Assembly: GCA_014361015.1 (NCBI GenBank)
Contig: JACIWJ010000001.1
Span: forward strand, 7,765-71,764
Length of the DNA stretch: 64,000 nucleotides
DNA from: Candidatus Bipolaricaulota bacterium
GTDB taxonomy: Bacteria; Bipolaricaulota; Bipolaricaulia; Bipolaricaulales; Bipolaricaulaceae
Reading direction: 5' to 3'
Both the position numbers and the translations under genes were made by a program. The number at the start of each line of letters is the position of its first letter. Position 1 is the first letter of the stretch. Positions 1-9,909 of the stretch are shown in pieces. A model generated the notes under the pieces. That model was not told the origin of the DNA, did no database searches, and worked only from the letters and a program-made list of their open reading frames with translations.

Positions 1-138
1 GTCACCCCGGGCGGAACCCGCCGCAGGACCTCCCGGCAACGCTGAGCGATCGCACCTGATGGTGACATCGGAAGCGAGGATACCCGGGGATAGTGGTTCC
101 TTGCCAGGCCCGGAGCTCGAATCGTACGATATCCCGCC

Positions 139-1149
139 ATGCGCGAGGCGATGCTATGGGAGCAGGCGGGCGAAGGGCGGGTGCGCTGCAACCTCTGCGC
201 TCACCGCTGCCTCATCCCCCCCGGGGGGCGGGGCGTGTGCGCGGTTCGGGAGAACCGGGACGGTACGCTGTACACGCTCACCTACGGACGCCTCGTGTCC
301 CAGAGCCTTGACCCGATCGAGAAGAAACCCCTCTACCACTTCCTCCCCGGCTCGCCGGCCCTCTCCATCGCCGCGATGGGGTGCAACTTTCGGTGCGACT
401 TCTGCCAGAACCACGTCATCTCTCAGTACCCGCGGGAGCACCGGGGCCGCCTCCTCGGGGAACCGGTGTCGCCGGCCGATGTCGTGGGGGCGGCGAAGGG
501 GACCGGTGCCCCGATCATCGCCTACACCTACACCGAGCCAGCCGTGTTCTTCGAGATGTGCCGCGACACAGGCGTCCTCGCCCTCCAGGAGGGGATCCGC
601 AACGTGATCGTCACGAATGGGTACCTCACCGAGGAGGCGGTGGGGGAAGCCCAGAGCTGGCTCCAGGGAGCGAACGTGGACCTCAAGGCGTTCTCGGGCG
701 ACTTCTACCGCCGGTACTGCGGGGGATCCCTCGATCCCGTGCTCGCCACGATCCGGCGGATGGTCTCGTTGGGGATCTGGATCGAGGTGACGACGCTCGT
801 CATCCCGGGGCGGAACGACTCCGACGAGGAGCTGGGGTGGATCGCGCAGTTCCTCGCCGGCGTCTCTCCGGACATCCCCTGGCACGTGTCGCGGTTCGTC
901 CCTTCGTACCGCGCCCAACACCTACCGCCAACCCCTCTCGCGACCCTCCTTCGGGCACGGGAGATCGGGCGGGAGGCGGGCCTGCGGTTCGTGTACCTGG
1001 GGAACTTCCCGGGGGAGGGGGAGGACACAGCGTGTCCCTCCTGTGGACGGGTTGTCATCCGCCGGTACGGGTTCCGGGTCGTGGACAACGTGCTCGTCGA
1101 CGGGCGTTGTCCGGGCTGCGGCCACGTTCTCCCCGGGGTGTGGTCGTAG
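139..1149 (+). CDS. amrS: AmmeMemoRadiSam system radical SAM enzyme
   Basis: N-terminal CNLCAHRC motif followed by the radical SAM CNFRCDFCQN (CxxxCxxC). The ORF spans the full 336 aa and has coding-like composition. Confidence 0.85.
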   Translation: MREAMLWEQAGEGRVRCNLCAHRCLIPPGGRGVCAVRENRDGTLYTLTYGRLVSQSLDPIEKKPLYHFLPGSPALSIAAMGCNFRCDFCQNHVISQYPREHRGRLLGEPVSPADVVGAAKGTGAPIIAYTYTEPAVFFEMCRDTGVLALQEGIRNVIVTNGYLTEEAVGEAQSWLQGANVDLKAFSGDFYRRYCGGSLDPVLATIRRMVSLGIWIEVTTLVIPGRNDSDEELGWIAQFLAGVSPDIPWHVSRFVPSYRAQHLPPTPLATLLRAREIGREAGLRFVYLGNFPGEGEDTACPSCGRVVIRRYGFRVVDNVLVDGRCPGCGHVLPGVWS

Positions 1150-1194
1150 CGGGTTCCGGGTGGGGAAGGCGGGCCCCCGCGACGCTGGCGCGGC

Positions 1195-1632
1195 TCACCG
1201 ATCGGCGCGCTCCGGGCGACGGAGGGTGATCCGGCGGCGGTCCTCGCCGGCGTGTTCCAAGGCGACCCAGATCGCCCCTGGGGGGATGAGATCCACGATC
1301 CGGTCCGCCCACTCCACCGCCGTGACCCCTTCCTCGGGGGGGAGAAGCTCGCCCAGCCCGACCTCGGACAGCTCACCGGGGGTGGTGATCCGGTAGGCAT
1401 CGAGGTGATGGAACCGGAGGCGCCCCTCGTAGCTCCGGGCGAGGAGGAAGCTCGGGGACAGGACAGGATCCCTCACGAACAGCCCCCGGGCGAGACCCCG
1501 GACGAACGTCGTCTTCCCCGCGCCGAGCTCCCCGACGAGGGCCACCACGTCCCCATCCGCGAGGCGGGCGGCGAGGCCGAACCCCACCTCTTCCGTCTCC
1601 TCCGGGCCGTGGGTGATGACGATTCGTTCCAT
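1195..1632 (-). CDS. tsaE: tRNA t6A37 biosynthesis ATPase TsaE (YjeE)
   Basis: P-loop GELGAGKTTFVRGLARGL in a 145-aa protein. It starts directly after the pheT stop codon. Confidence 0.85.
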   Translation of the reverse strand: MERIVITHGPEETEEVGFGLAARLADGDVVALVGELGAGKTTFVRGLARGLFVRDPVLSPSFLLARSYEGRLRFHHLDAYRITTPGELSEVGLGELLPPEEGVTAVEWADRIVDLIPPGAIWVALEHAGEDRRRITLRRPERADR

Positions 1633-4011
1633 CTAGGTCCGGATCCGCACCCCGCGGGGAACGAGGCGGGCGAGGATCCTCCCCACCGCCCCCTCGACCT
1701 CGTCCGAGGACAGGGTCCGCTCCGGGTCGCGGAACACGACCTCGTAGGTCAGGCTGAGGTGGCCGGCCGGGACGCCCTCGCCGCGGTAAAGGTCGTACAG
1801 GAACGCGCTCTCCACGAGCGGGTCAGCGAGGAGTTCCGCCCGGATGTCGCCCTCGGGAACGTCCTGCGGCACGAAGAGGGACAGGTCGCGTTTCGAGGCC
1901 GGGGACCGGGGGAGAGGACGGTGCGCGGGAGGGCGGGCCACCGCGCGGAGCGGGGAGAGGGCAAGCTCCAGCGCCAGCACCCGGCGCTCCCCCGGCAGGG
2001 TCGCCCTCAAGGAAGGGGAGAGCTCGCCGAGCCATCCGATCAGCGTCCGTGAACCGTGGTCCGTGGTCTGGGGGCCGTGGTCCGACGGTCCACGGGAGAG
2101 GTAGATCCCGGCGCGGCGGTGGGGGTGGAGGCGGGGGTCCTCGACCTCGCCCAGTTCGACCCCCTCCACCCGTAGGGCGGAGAGCAGGGCATCGAGAATT
2201 CCCTTCAGGTCAGCTGGGGAGTATTCCCCTTTCCCGGAGAGGGGGAGAGGGGGGCGGCCAGCGAGGACGATCCCGAGACGGTCCTCCTCCATCACGTGGC
2301 CATCCCGCTTTCGGAACACCCGTCCGACCTCGAACATGGCGACGCCCGGGGCCTGGGCGGCGAGGTTTTCCTGCACCCCACCAAGGAGCCCAGGCAGGAG
2401 ATCCGCCCTCAGCCCATCCCCCCCCTGGGCGAGGGGATTCCGCAACTTCACCTCGGCTCCTGTCGCCGGGACGAGGCCAGGGCTGTACGCCTCCAGGAGT
2501 CCCAGCGCGGCGAGGATATCCCGCACCCGATCGGCGAACGCTTCCCCGGGATCTTTCTTCCCGATCCGCGGCTCGACCCGAGGGGGGAGGGTGGGAACCC
2601 GGTCGTACCCGTACAGACGAGCCACCTCCTCGATGAGGTCGATCTCCCGCGCGAGGTCCTGTCGGAACGGCGGGATCGCGATTTCCCAACTCCCTTCCCG
2701 GTTATGGACGGTGAGCCCGAGGCGGGTGAGGCCATCTTCGACCTCGGCCGGCGGGACCTCGACCCCGAGGACCTCCGCCAGGCGTCGCTTGCGGAGGGGG
2801 ATCACCCAGGCCTTCGCGGGGGAGGGGTAGTTGTCCACCTCCCCGCGGGCGATGCGCACGGGGGCGTGGTAGGCGAGGAGGGTGCAGCAGCGGCGGGACG
2901 CGAGTTTCGCTGTCTCGGGGGACAATCCCCGCTCGAAGCGCAGGCTCGCCTCGGTGCGCAACCCAACTGCCCGCGAGGACCGCCGCACTCGAACGGGGGA
3001 GAACGCGGCCGCCTCGAGGAGGATGTCGCGGGTGTCGGGACTGACCTCGGTCTCCGCCCCTCCCATCACCCCTGCCACCGCCACCGGCCGCTGCCCGTCG
3101 GCGATCACGAGCACCTCGGAGGAGAGGTCCCGGTCCACCCCGTCCAGGGTCCGGATCCGCTCCCCGGGCCTCGCTCTCCGCACGACGATCCGTCCCTCGG
3201 CGAGCCTCCGTCGGTCGAACGCGTGAAGGGGGTGTCCCACCTCGAGGAGGACGTAGTTCGTGACGTCCACCACGAGCGAGAGGGGGCGCATCCCGGCCTT
3301 GAGGAGCCGGGCCTCGATCAGGAGCGGCGACGGGCGGTCGACGATCCCCTGGATGACGCGGGCCACGTAGCGGGGGCAGTCCGCCGGGTCCTCGATCTCG
3401 ACTGAGGTGAGGGTGGCCGCAGGGGGCTCCGCCTCCGGGTATGAGATCTCCGGCTCGCGGAGCGGGGTCCGGTACAGGGCGGAGATTTCGCGGGCGATCC
3501 CCAGGATCCCCAGGAGGTCGGGGCGGTTGGACGTGATCTTCAGGGAGAGGAGGGTGTCGGGGAGCCCGATCAGGGGTGCCAGGTCCGCCCCCACCGGAAG
3601 GTCGGCGGGGAGGTCCCACACCCCGGTCGATTTTGCCTCCAGGCCCAGTTCCTTCCGGGAGAGGAGCATCCCCTCGCTCTTCACGCCGCGGATCTTGGCC
3701 ACGGACACCTCCCCGCCTGGAAGGCGCGCTCCGGGGACGGCGAGAGGGAAGAGGCCTCCTGCCCGGACGTTTTCGGCACCGCAGACCACCGTCCGGTGGT
3801 CGTGCCCTGTCTCGACCTGGCACACGGAGAGGGTCCCCGCCTGAGGGTGGGGGTCGACCGACGCCACCCGGGCCACGACCACCCCTTCTGCGACGAGGTC
3901 CTCGATCCGCTCCACCTCGAGCCCGGCCAACGTCAGTCGCTCGGCGAGGGCCTCGGCCGGGATCTCCGGGAGGTTCACGTACTCGGAAAGCCAGTTCAGG
4001 GATGCCCGCAC
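1633..4011 (-). CDS. pheT: phenylalanine--tRNA ligase beta subunit
   Basis: 792 aa. The N-terminus (M)RASLNWLSEYV is typical of PheT, and tRNA-binding, B3/4 and B5 domain-like regions are recognisable. GTG start at 4011, TAG stop. Confidence 0.95.
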   Translation of the reverse strand: MRASLNWLSEYVNLPEIPAEALAERLTLAGLEVERIEDLVAEGVVVARVASVDPHPQAGTLSVCQVETGHDHRTVVCGAENVRAGGLFPLAVPGARLPGGEVSVAKIRGVKSEGMLLSRKELGLEAKSTGVWDLPADLPVGADLAPLIGLPDTLLSLKITSNRPDLLGILGIAREISALYRTPLREPEISYPEAEPPAATLTSVEIEDPADCPRYVARVIQGIVDRPSPLLIEARLLKAGMRPLSLVVDVTNYVLLEVGHPLHAFDRRRLAEGRIVVRRARPGERIRTLDGVDRDLSSEVLVIADGQRPVAVAGVMGGAETEVSPDTRDILLEAAAFSPVRVRRSSRAVGLRTEASLRFERGLSPETAKLASRRCCTLLAYHAPVRIARGEVDNYPSPAKAWVIPLRKRRLAEVLGVEVPPAEVEDGLTRLGLTVHNREGSWEIAIPPFRQDLAREIDLIEEVARLYGYDRVPTLPPRVEPRIGKKDPGEAFADRVRDILAALGLLEAYSPGLVPATGAEVKLRNPLAQGGDGLRADLLPGLLGGVQENLAAQAPGVAMFEVGRVFRKRDGHVMEEDRLGIVLAGRPPLPLSGKGEYSPADLKGILDALLSALRVEGVELGEVEDPRLHPHRRAGIYLSRGPSDHGPQTTDHGSRTLIGWLGELSPSLRATLPGERRVLALELALSPLRAVARPPAHRPLPRSPASKRDLSLFVPQDVPEGDIRAELLADPLVESAFLYDLYRGEGVPAGHLSLTYEVVFRDPERTLSSDEVEGAVGRILARLVPRGVRIRT

Positions 4012-4026
4012 TGCTCCTCCTCTTCC

Positions 4027-6663
4027 CTAGAGGCCGAGGATGCCGAAGTACAGAATCCCGTCCCCGCTGGGGAGGAGGGGCCAGCCGATCCCCACCACCA
4101 CCGTGAACCCGAGGAGCCCCCCCAGCGCTTCGACCTGGATCGTCGCCTCGACACCGGCCTCGATGTAGGTCGGGATTATCTCCTCTCGTTCCCCTTCCAT
4201 CCACAGGCGGGCCAGCGCGGCGTAGAGCCGGGGGCGGACCTCGGTCACGAGCGCCGCCCCGCCGAGGGAGTAGTCGGGTCGGAGCGGCGGGAGCCAGATC
4301 CCCCCGGAGGCGAAGAGCTTCCGCTCCCCCCGGGGGAGGTCGGGGAGCGACTTCGTCCGGAACTCGGTCAGGGTGGACAAGAACCGGGGAGCCAAACCTG
4401 GGCTGGCCACGCCCGCCCCTCCGGTCAGGGTTAGGTAGGTGTGGGGGGCGACCCCGAAGAGCTCGGTGTGGCGGACCTCGGCCCGCCACCCTGTTGGGGA
4501 CACCCAAAGGAGGGACAGCCCCCCGCTGTGGGCCCGGGTGAGGGATGCGCGCCATCCGAGCTCGGCCCCGACCGTCCACTCCGGGCGGCGGGCCACGGTG
4601 AGGGTGAGATCACCCACCGCTTCCCAATACGTCCCCGGGGATCCGAGGTGGGGTGTCGCCCACAGGTAGCGGGTGAGGGACATGGCCCCCACCAGCGTCT
4701 CCCCCACCGCGGCCCATCCCGACAGCCCCCACTCCCGTCCGTAGCGGACCCAGCCGCTCACCGCCATCTCCTGGGGGTACACCCCCCACCCGAACCAGTC
4801 GAGATAGCGGATCGTCATCCCTTCCGAGGCGAGGTCGGGCTCGACGAGGTACGCGTCGAGGGGCAACTCGTTCCGGTCGAGGGCCACGACGAACTTCCGG
4901 GGCCAGGTGTTGTTGAGCCGGTCCGTGTCGAGCGCGCGGTGCTCGGGATCGACCACGACCTCGCGGACCGCGAACGGTGTACGGAACTCGATCGTGGTGT
5001 CTGTGCTCTCCGCCCGCCAGATCTGGGACGCGCGCTCCCCCGTCCCACCCCGGACCTCCACGGTCACGGGCATTGACCCTGTTCCCTTCCGCGTGAGGTG
5101 GACCGCCGTCAGGTGCTCCTCCCCATCTCTGGCTCGTGTCCATCCCTCCACCGCGTAATCGGCCCACGCTTCGCCGTACACCCACTGCGAGAAGAACGGC
5201 TCCCAACTTTCACCCGTTGTCCGTTCGAGGAGTTTCTGGAGGTCAGCGGCGGTGAACGTCCCTCCCCGGGCCGCGGCGTGGGCTTCGCGCAGCACGCCGT
5301 CGAACGCGTCTTCTCCCGTCAGGGACGCCGCTGCGCGGAGGACGAGGTATCCCTTGTCGTACAGGCGCACCGCCGACGCTTGCTCGTACCGTACCTCGGC
5401 CGAAGGCTTGACCACCGCCTCATCGAACCCCTCGAACGCGGTGGAGATGTAGGGAAGCTCGGTCAAGTGCTGGCGGAGGTTGACGAACCCCACAAGGTGG
5501 ATCGCCATCTCCTCGCCAAGCCCTTTGTTCTCGAATCGGAACACGTTTCCCCCCTCGGCTCCGAACGTGTCCTCGTACCAGCGAATGGAGAGGTACTGGG
5601 CCATCCCCTCCGAGAGCCAGTTCTCCGCGTCGAGGTCCACCCCAATCCCGATCCCCCACCACAGGTGGGCAAGCTCGTGGGCGAGGATGTACCGCCCGTA
5701 GTGGGACAGGATTCCCCCTGCAGTGAGGTCGAGGCGGCGGAAGAGCCACCGGGGAAGGTACACGACCCCATCGGCGGTCATGGCGACCCCAACCTCGTTG
5801 GGGTGCTCGACGAGGAGGAGCCGCCCCTCGGGGTAGGGGCCGTACCGCTCGGCGTAGGAGGCGAGGATCTCCGGGACGTAGGTCGCCAGGACCCGGGCCT
5901 TGTCCTCGTCTCCTGGCAGGGCGACCGCCTCCACGGTGATCCCCGCGCACGAAAGCACCGCTCGGCGGAGGGTCCCCTTCGGGGCGAGGAAGAGCGACAC
6001 CGACCGCACGGGCTCGGCGAAGCGAACTGTGAACAGGGTTCCCTCACCATCTTCCGCTCGACTCACCTCTCCTGGCAGCGCTGCGTCCCATCCCGCGGGG
6101 ACAGTGAGCGCCACCCGATAGTCGTGGGCTGGCAGGAGGAGCGGCCACCGCCCACCCTCGGGCGGCGAGAACGGAAGAGGATGCCACCCGAACCGCCACG
6201 TGTAGACGTCCCCCAGCCTCCCCGGCTCGCCGGTCCAGGTGTGAGGGAACTTCGTCCGGAACTCGATCGCGAGTTCTCCGCTCCCCGGGGGAAGGGGCAC
6301 CCGGAGGAGCACGTCGTCCAGGGAATAGGTCTGGAGCGTGGGCGGGGCGGGGAGGAGTTCGAACGCAACCTCTTCTTCTCCCGATGGGGTCGACCACGCC
6401 ACCCGCTCGATCACCGTCCACGCCGGGTCGAACCCGGCAACGTAGGTTCCGTCCTGCGCCAGCGGGGAGAGGTACGGGTTCGGCTCCCGTCCGAGGTTGG
6501 CGAGGAGGGCGAACCACGCTTCCGTCGGGGAAGCATCCCACCTCACGCGCATCGTCCCCGCGATGAGGTGCTCCTCGGGGAGGAACGTGGCCTCGATCTG
6601 AATCGGGGCAGCGAGGGCCCCGGCCGCGACCGCAAACGCACCGCATACGGAGAGGATACGCAC
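4027..6663 (-). CDS. exported M1-family zinc metallopeptidase with long C-terminal extension
   Basis: N-terminal signal-like segment MRILSVCGAFAVAAGALAAP. Gluzincin motif HELAHLWWG-X-WLSEGMAQY (HEXXH-X18-E). About 290 C-terminal residues are rich in alternating aromatic and Gly residues. Confidence 0.8.
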   Translation of the reverse strand: MRILSVCGAFAVAAGALAAPIQIEATFLPEEHLIAGTMRVRWDASPTEAWFALLANLGREPNPYLSPLAQDGTYVAGFDPAWTVIERVAWSTPSGEEEVAFELLPAPPTLQTYSLDDVLLRVPLPPGSGELAIEFRTKFPHTWTGEPGRLGDVYTWRFGWHPLPFSPPEGGRWPLLLPAHDYRVALTVPAGWDAALPGEVSRAEDGEGTLFTVRFAEPVRSVSLFLAPKGTLRRAVLSCAGITVEAVALPGDEDKARVLATYVPEILASYAERYGPYPEGRLLLVEHPNEVGVAMTADGVVYLPRWLFRRLDLTAGGILSHYGRYILAHELAHLWWGIGIGVDLDAENWLSEGMAQYLSIRWYEDTFGAEGGNVFRFENKGLGEEMAIHLVGFVNLRQHLTELPYISTAFEGFDEAVVKPSAEVRYEQASAVRLYDKGYLVLRAAASLTGEDAFDGVLREAHAAARGGTFTAADLQKLLERTTGESWEPFFSQWVYGEAWADYAVEGWTRARDGEEHLTAVHLTRKGTGSMPVTVEVRGGTGERASQIWRAESTDTTIEFRTPFAVREVVVDPEHRALDTDRLNNTWPRKFVVALDRNELPLDAYLVEPDLASEGMTIRYLDWFGWGVYPQEMAVSGWVRYGREWGLSGWAAVGETLVGAMSLTRYLWATPHLGSPGTYWEAVGDLTLTVARRPEWTVGAELGWRASLTRAHSGGLSLLWVSPTGWRAEVRHTELFGVAPHTYLTLTGGAGVASPGLAPRFLSTLTEFRTKSLPDLPRGERKLFASGGIWLPPLRPDYSLGGAALVTEVRPRLYAALARLWMEGEREEIIPTYIEAGVEATIQVEALGGLLGFTVVVGIGWPLLPSGDGILYFGILGL

Positions 6664-6674
6664 TGATTCTCCTT

Positions 6675-7979
6675 TTAGTTCGACGTCCCTTCGGGCGGCG
6701 GCTCGGGGTGGAGGGTGAGGCGGACCGCCGTGATCTCGCGGGCGCTCGCCTGCTCGATCGCGATCTCGGCTCGGCCGATGCGGAACTTGGTCCCGGTCTC
6801 GGGGATGTCGCCCAGCCGTTCCAACACGAGCCCAGCGATCGTCACCGCTTCGTCCTCGGGAAGGTCCGCCCCGAGGCTTCGGTTCACCGTCCGCACCTCG
6901 GCATCGCCGCCCACGATTGCCTCGGTGGGGGATAGACGGCGGATGAGGGGCCGTGGCCGTCGCCGGTCGTACTCATCCTCGATCTCCCCCACGATCTCCT
7001 CGAGGATATCCTCCAGGGTCACGATCCCCGCCACCCCGCCGTACTCGTCCACGACCACCGCCATGTGGGATCGCTCGCGCTGGAACTCCTGGAGGAGAGA
7101 ACTGATGGGCTTCGTGGTCGGAGTGAACGACACGGGGCGGAGGAGCGCGGCCAACGGCACGTCCGCCCGTGGCTCCCCGAAGTGGGAGAGGAGGTCCTTG
7201 GCATGGAGGAGTCCGACCACATTGTCCTGGCTTCCTTGGTACACCGGATAGCGGGAGTGGCCATCGGAAACGACGAATCTCGCTACCTCCGCCAGCGGTG
7301 TGTCCACTTCGATCGTCTTCATGTCGGTGCGGGGGACCATGATCTCCTCGGCCGTGATCGCGTCCAAGGCGAGGATCCGCCGCACCATGTCCCCGTGTTC
7401 GCGGGAGAGGGCCCCCCGTTCCTCCCCCATCTCGATGATGGACACGAGCTCGTCCTTGGACAGGGGCGTCCGCTCCCGGGTGAAGAACTCGACCCCAAAG
7501 GGCTTGACGATCTGTGCCCCTGTCCACCGGAACAGTCGCACGATGAGGTGGGTCGCACGGGTGAGTCGCCACATGGGAACGATCACTGCCATCGCCAGCG
7601 CCTCGGGCCGGTTGCGGGCGAGGTTCTTGGGCGTGATCTCCCCGATGAGGAGGAGGAACGTGGTCAACACGAGGGTGGTGACGATGCTGGTCACGTACGA
7701 GGGCAGTGTTGCGGGAAGGAGACGCAGGAAGAGGAGCGTGGCCAAGCTCGATGCCCCCACGTTCACGAGGTTGTTGTAGATCACGATGCAGGTGAGGAGG
7801 TCGTTGGGATCATGCACAAGGTGCTCGAGAGCCCTCTTCTTCTGCTTCGCGACGGCCCGGCGAAGGAGATGGGAGGCCCGCAGCTCAGAAATTGATGAAA
7901 GTGCCGTCTCGGAAGCGGAGAAAAGAGCCGACAACAAGAGAAGAAGAAAGAGGATGATACTTTGCGACTCTGTGCTCAC
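6675..7979 (-). CDS. hemolysin-family / CNNM-type membrane protein (DUF21-CBS pair-CorC_HlyC)
   Basis: Four N-terminal TM segments, then CBS-like repeats, then a C-terminal CorC/HlyC-type domain. GTG start. Confidence 0.85.
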   Translation of the reverse strand: MSTESQSIILFLLLLLSALFSASETALSSISELRASHLLRRAVAKQKKRALEHLVHDPNDLLTCIVIYNNLVNVGASSLATLLFLRLLPATLPSYVTSIVTTLVLTTFLLLIGEITPKNLARNRPEALAMAVIVPMWRLTRATHLIVRLFRWTGAQIVKPFGVEFFTRERTPLSKDELVSIIEMGEERGALSREHGDMVRRILALDAITAEEIMVPRTDMKTIEVDTPLAEVARFVVSDGHSRYPVYQGSQDNVVGLLHAKDLLSHFGEPRADVPLAALLRPVSFTPTTKPISSLLQEFQRERSHMAVVVDEYGGVAGIVTLEDILEEIVGEIEDEYDRRRPRPLIRRLSPTEAIVGGDAEVRTVNRSLGADLPEDEAVTIAGLVLERLGDIPETGTKFRIGRAEIAIEQASAREITAVRLTLHPEPPPEGTSN

Positions 7980-8083
7980 CTCTTCATCACCTCAATCGGC
8001 ATTATAGTCTAGCGTGCCCCGACCTCGTCCCGGTCTGCTCGTGGCGTTGTGATCGGGATCTGTGGGCCGTAGACTTTCTCCTT

Positions 8084-9394
8084 GTGTTCGAGTCCCTGAC
8101 CGAACGGTTCTCGCAGGCGTTCCGGAAGCTCCGCGCGCCGGGGCGGCTCACCGCGGCGGACGTTGCAGCCGGGCTGCGCGAGATCCGCCAGGCTCTCCTC
8201 GCCGCGGATGTGCACTACGGGGTGGTGCGGGAGATCCTGGCGCGGGTCGAGGAACGTGCGGTGGGGGAGAGGGTGGTGGAATCGCTCGTCCCCGCCGAGC
8301 AGCTTCTGGGGATCGTGCGGAGCGAGATAGCACGGGCGATGGGGGGCGAGGCAGCCAAGCTTCGCCTCTCCGGTCGGCCAGCGATCGTCCTCCTCGTGGG
8401 GCCGGCCGGGTCGGGGAAGACGACGACCGCGGGCAAGGTCGCCCGCCATCTCCTGCGCAAGGGACGGAAGCCCGTTCTGGTATGTGCTGACCCGCAGCGC
8501 CCCGCCGCAGAGGACCAACTTTCGACCCTCGCTTCCCGCCTTGAGATCCCGTTCGTGTCGGCGGTGGAGGCGCCGCAGGCTGACGTGGAGCGCGCCGCGG
8601 AGGCAGCGCGGAGGGAACTCCGCGACGTCCTCGTTGTGGACACACCGGGGCCCCCTCCCGGCGTGGCCCCGCCCTCGTTCGTGGGGGAGATCGCGGCCGC
8701 GACGGAGGTGGGCGATGTCCTCCTCGTCCTCGACGCGCTCGTGGGCCAGGAAGCGGTGCGGATGGGAGAGGCGTTCGTGCCGCTCGGGGTCACGGGGCTT
8801 GTCCTCACCAAGCTTGACGGGGACGCCCGTGGGGGAGCGGCCCTCTCCCTCCCCACCCGGCTGGCGCGTCCGGTCGTGTTCGTGGGGGTCGGGGAGAGGC
8901 TGGATGACCTCGAGCCGTTTGACCCCGGACGGATGGCGGACCGGATCCTGGGGTTCGGCGACCTCGCCGGGTTGGCGGAGAAGCTGGCCGAGGTGGGGGG
9001 GGAGGAGGTAGCCGCGACCGCGGCCCGGGTGCGCGAGGGGACCTTCACCCTGGAGGACTTCCTCACCCAGTTCGAGGCGATGACCCGCGCCGGGCCGCTC
9101 GACCAGTTGCTGGCGAAGATCCCCGGATTGGGGAAGGTCGCCCAAGACGAGGAGATCGAGGCCGAGCTCCGGCGCACGCGAGCGATCATCCAATCGATGA
9201 CGGTTGAGGAGCGGCGTGCCCCCCATATAATCGGGGCTAGCCGGAAGCGGCGGATCGCCCGTGGCTCGGGAACAACCGTTCAGGAAGTGAACCAGCTTTT
9301 GTCCCAATACGAGCAGGCGCGGCGACTCGTGCGCGGGTTCGGGAAAAGGCGGATGCCCCCGGGGTGGGGCGGAGGCCCTCAGGTGACGAGGTGA
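8084..9394 (+). CDS. ffh: signal recognition particle protein
   Basis: MFESLTERFSQAFRKL N-terminus, G-domain GPAGSGKTTTAGKVA and DTPG, and a Met-rich M domain. Confidence 0.95.
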   Translation: MFESLTERFSQAFRKLRAPGRLTAADVAAGLREIRQALLAADVHYGVVREILARVEERAVGERVVESLVPAEQLLGIVRSEIARAMGGEAAKLRLSGRPAIVLLVGPAGSGKTTTAGKVARHLLRKGRKPVLVCADPQRPAAEDQLSTLASRLEIPFVSAVEAPQADVERAAEAARRELRDVLVVDTPGPPPGVAPPSFVGEIAAATEVGDVLLVLDALVGQEAVRMGEAFVPLGVTGLVLTKLDGDARGGAALSLPTRLARPVVFVGVGERLDDLEPFDPGRMADRILGFGDLAGLAEKLAEVGGEEVAATAARVREGTFTLEDFLTQFEAMTRAGPLDQLLAKIPGLGKVAQDEEIEAELRRTRAIIQSMTVEERRAPHIIGASRKRRIARGSGTTVQEVNQLLSQYEQARRLVRGFGKRRMPPGWGGGPQVTR

Positions 9395-9398
9395 TGGG

Positions 9399-9698
9399 AT
9401 GGTCAAGATCAGGCTCATGCGGGTGGGCAAGCGGAAGCAGCCCAGCTACCGGATCGTGGTGATGGAGGGGACGGACAAGCAAGGGGGCCGGGCGGTGGCG
9501 ACGATCGGTCACTACAACCCACTCGCCGAGCCCGCGGAGGTCACGGTGGACACCGCGGCCGCCCTGTCCTGGCTCAACCGAGGGGCCCAGCCGTCGCCGG
9601 CCGCGCGGCGCATCCTGGCCAAGAGCGGCGTCCTCAAGGCGTGGGGCGAGGCGCGCTCCGGGCGGGAGGGTGCGCCAGGCGAAGGGGATGCTGGCTGA
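9399..9698 (+). CDS. rpsP: 30S ribosomal protein S16
   Basis: MVKIRLMRVGKRKQPSYRIVV is the canonical S16 N-terminus. Confidence 0.95.
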   Translation: MVKIRLMRVGKRKQPSYRIVVMEGTDKQGGRAVATIGHYNPLAEPAEVTVDTAAALSWLNRGAQPSPAARRILAKSGVLKAWGEARSGREGAPGEGDAG

Positions 9699-9909
9699 TC
9701 TCGCGCGGTACCTCCTCCGCGCGGTGACCTCGCGGCCGGGCGAGGTCGAGGTGGAGCACATCCAATCTGGACCGGTGGACCTTCTGTTCCTCCGCGTCCC
9801 TGGCCACGAGAGGGACGCCCTCACCTCCCGCGATCGGGAGGCGCTGTGTCAGGTCATCGAGACGATCGGGGGGCAGGCGGGGCGGACCGTGATCGTCGAC
9901 TGGAAATGA
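9688..9909 (+). CDS. KH-domain protein, YlqC/KhpA-like, with degenerate GXXG loop
   Basis: Conserved position between rpsP and trmD. Size and hydrophobic pattern match YlqC. The ATG at 9688 follows GAAGGGG. The ORF track starts at 9670. Confidence 0.6.
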   Translation: MLADLARYLLRAVTSRPGEVEVEHIQSGPVDLLFLRVPGHERDALTSRDREALCQVIETIGGQAGRTVIVDWK

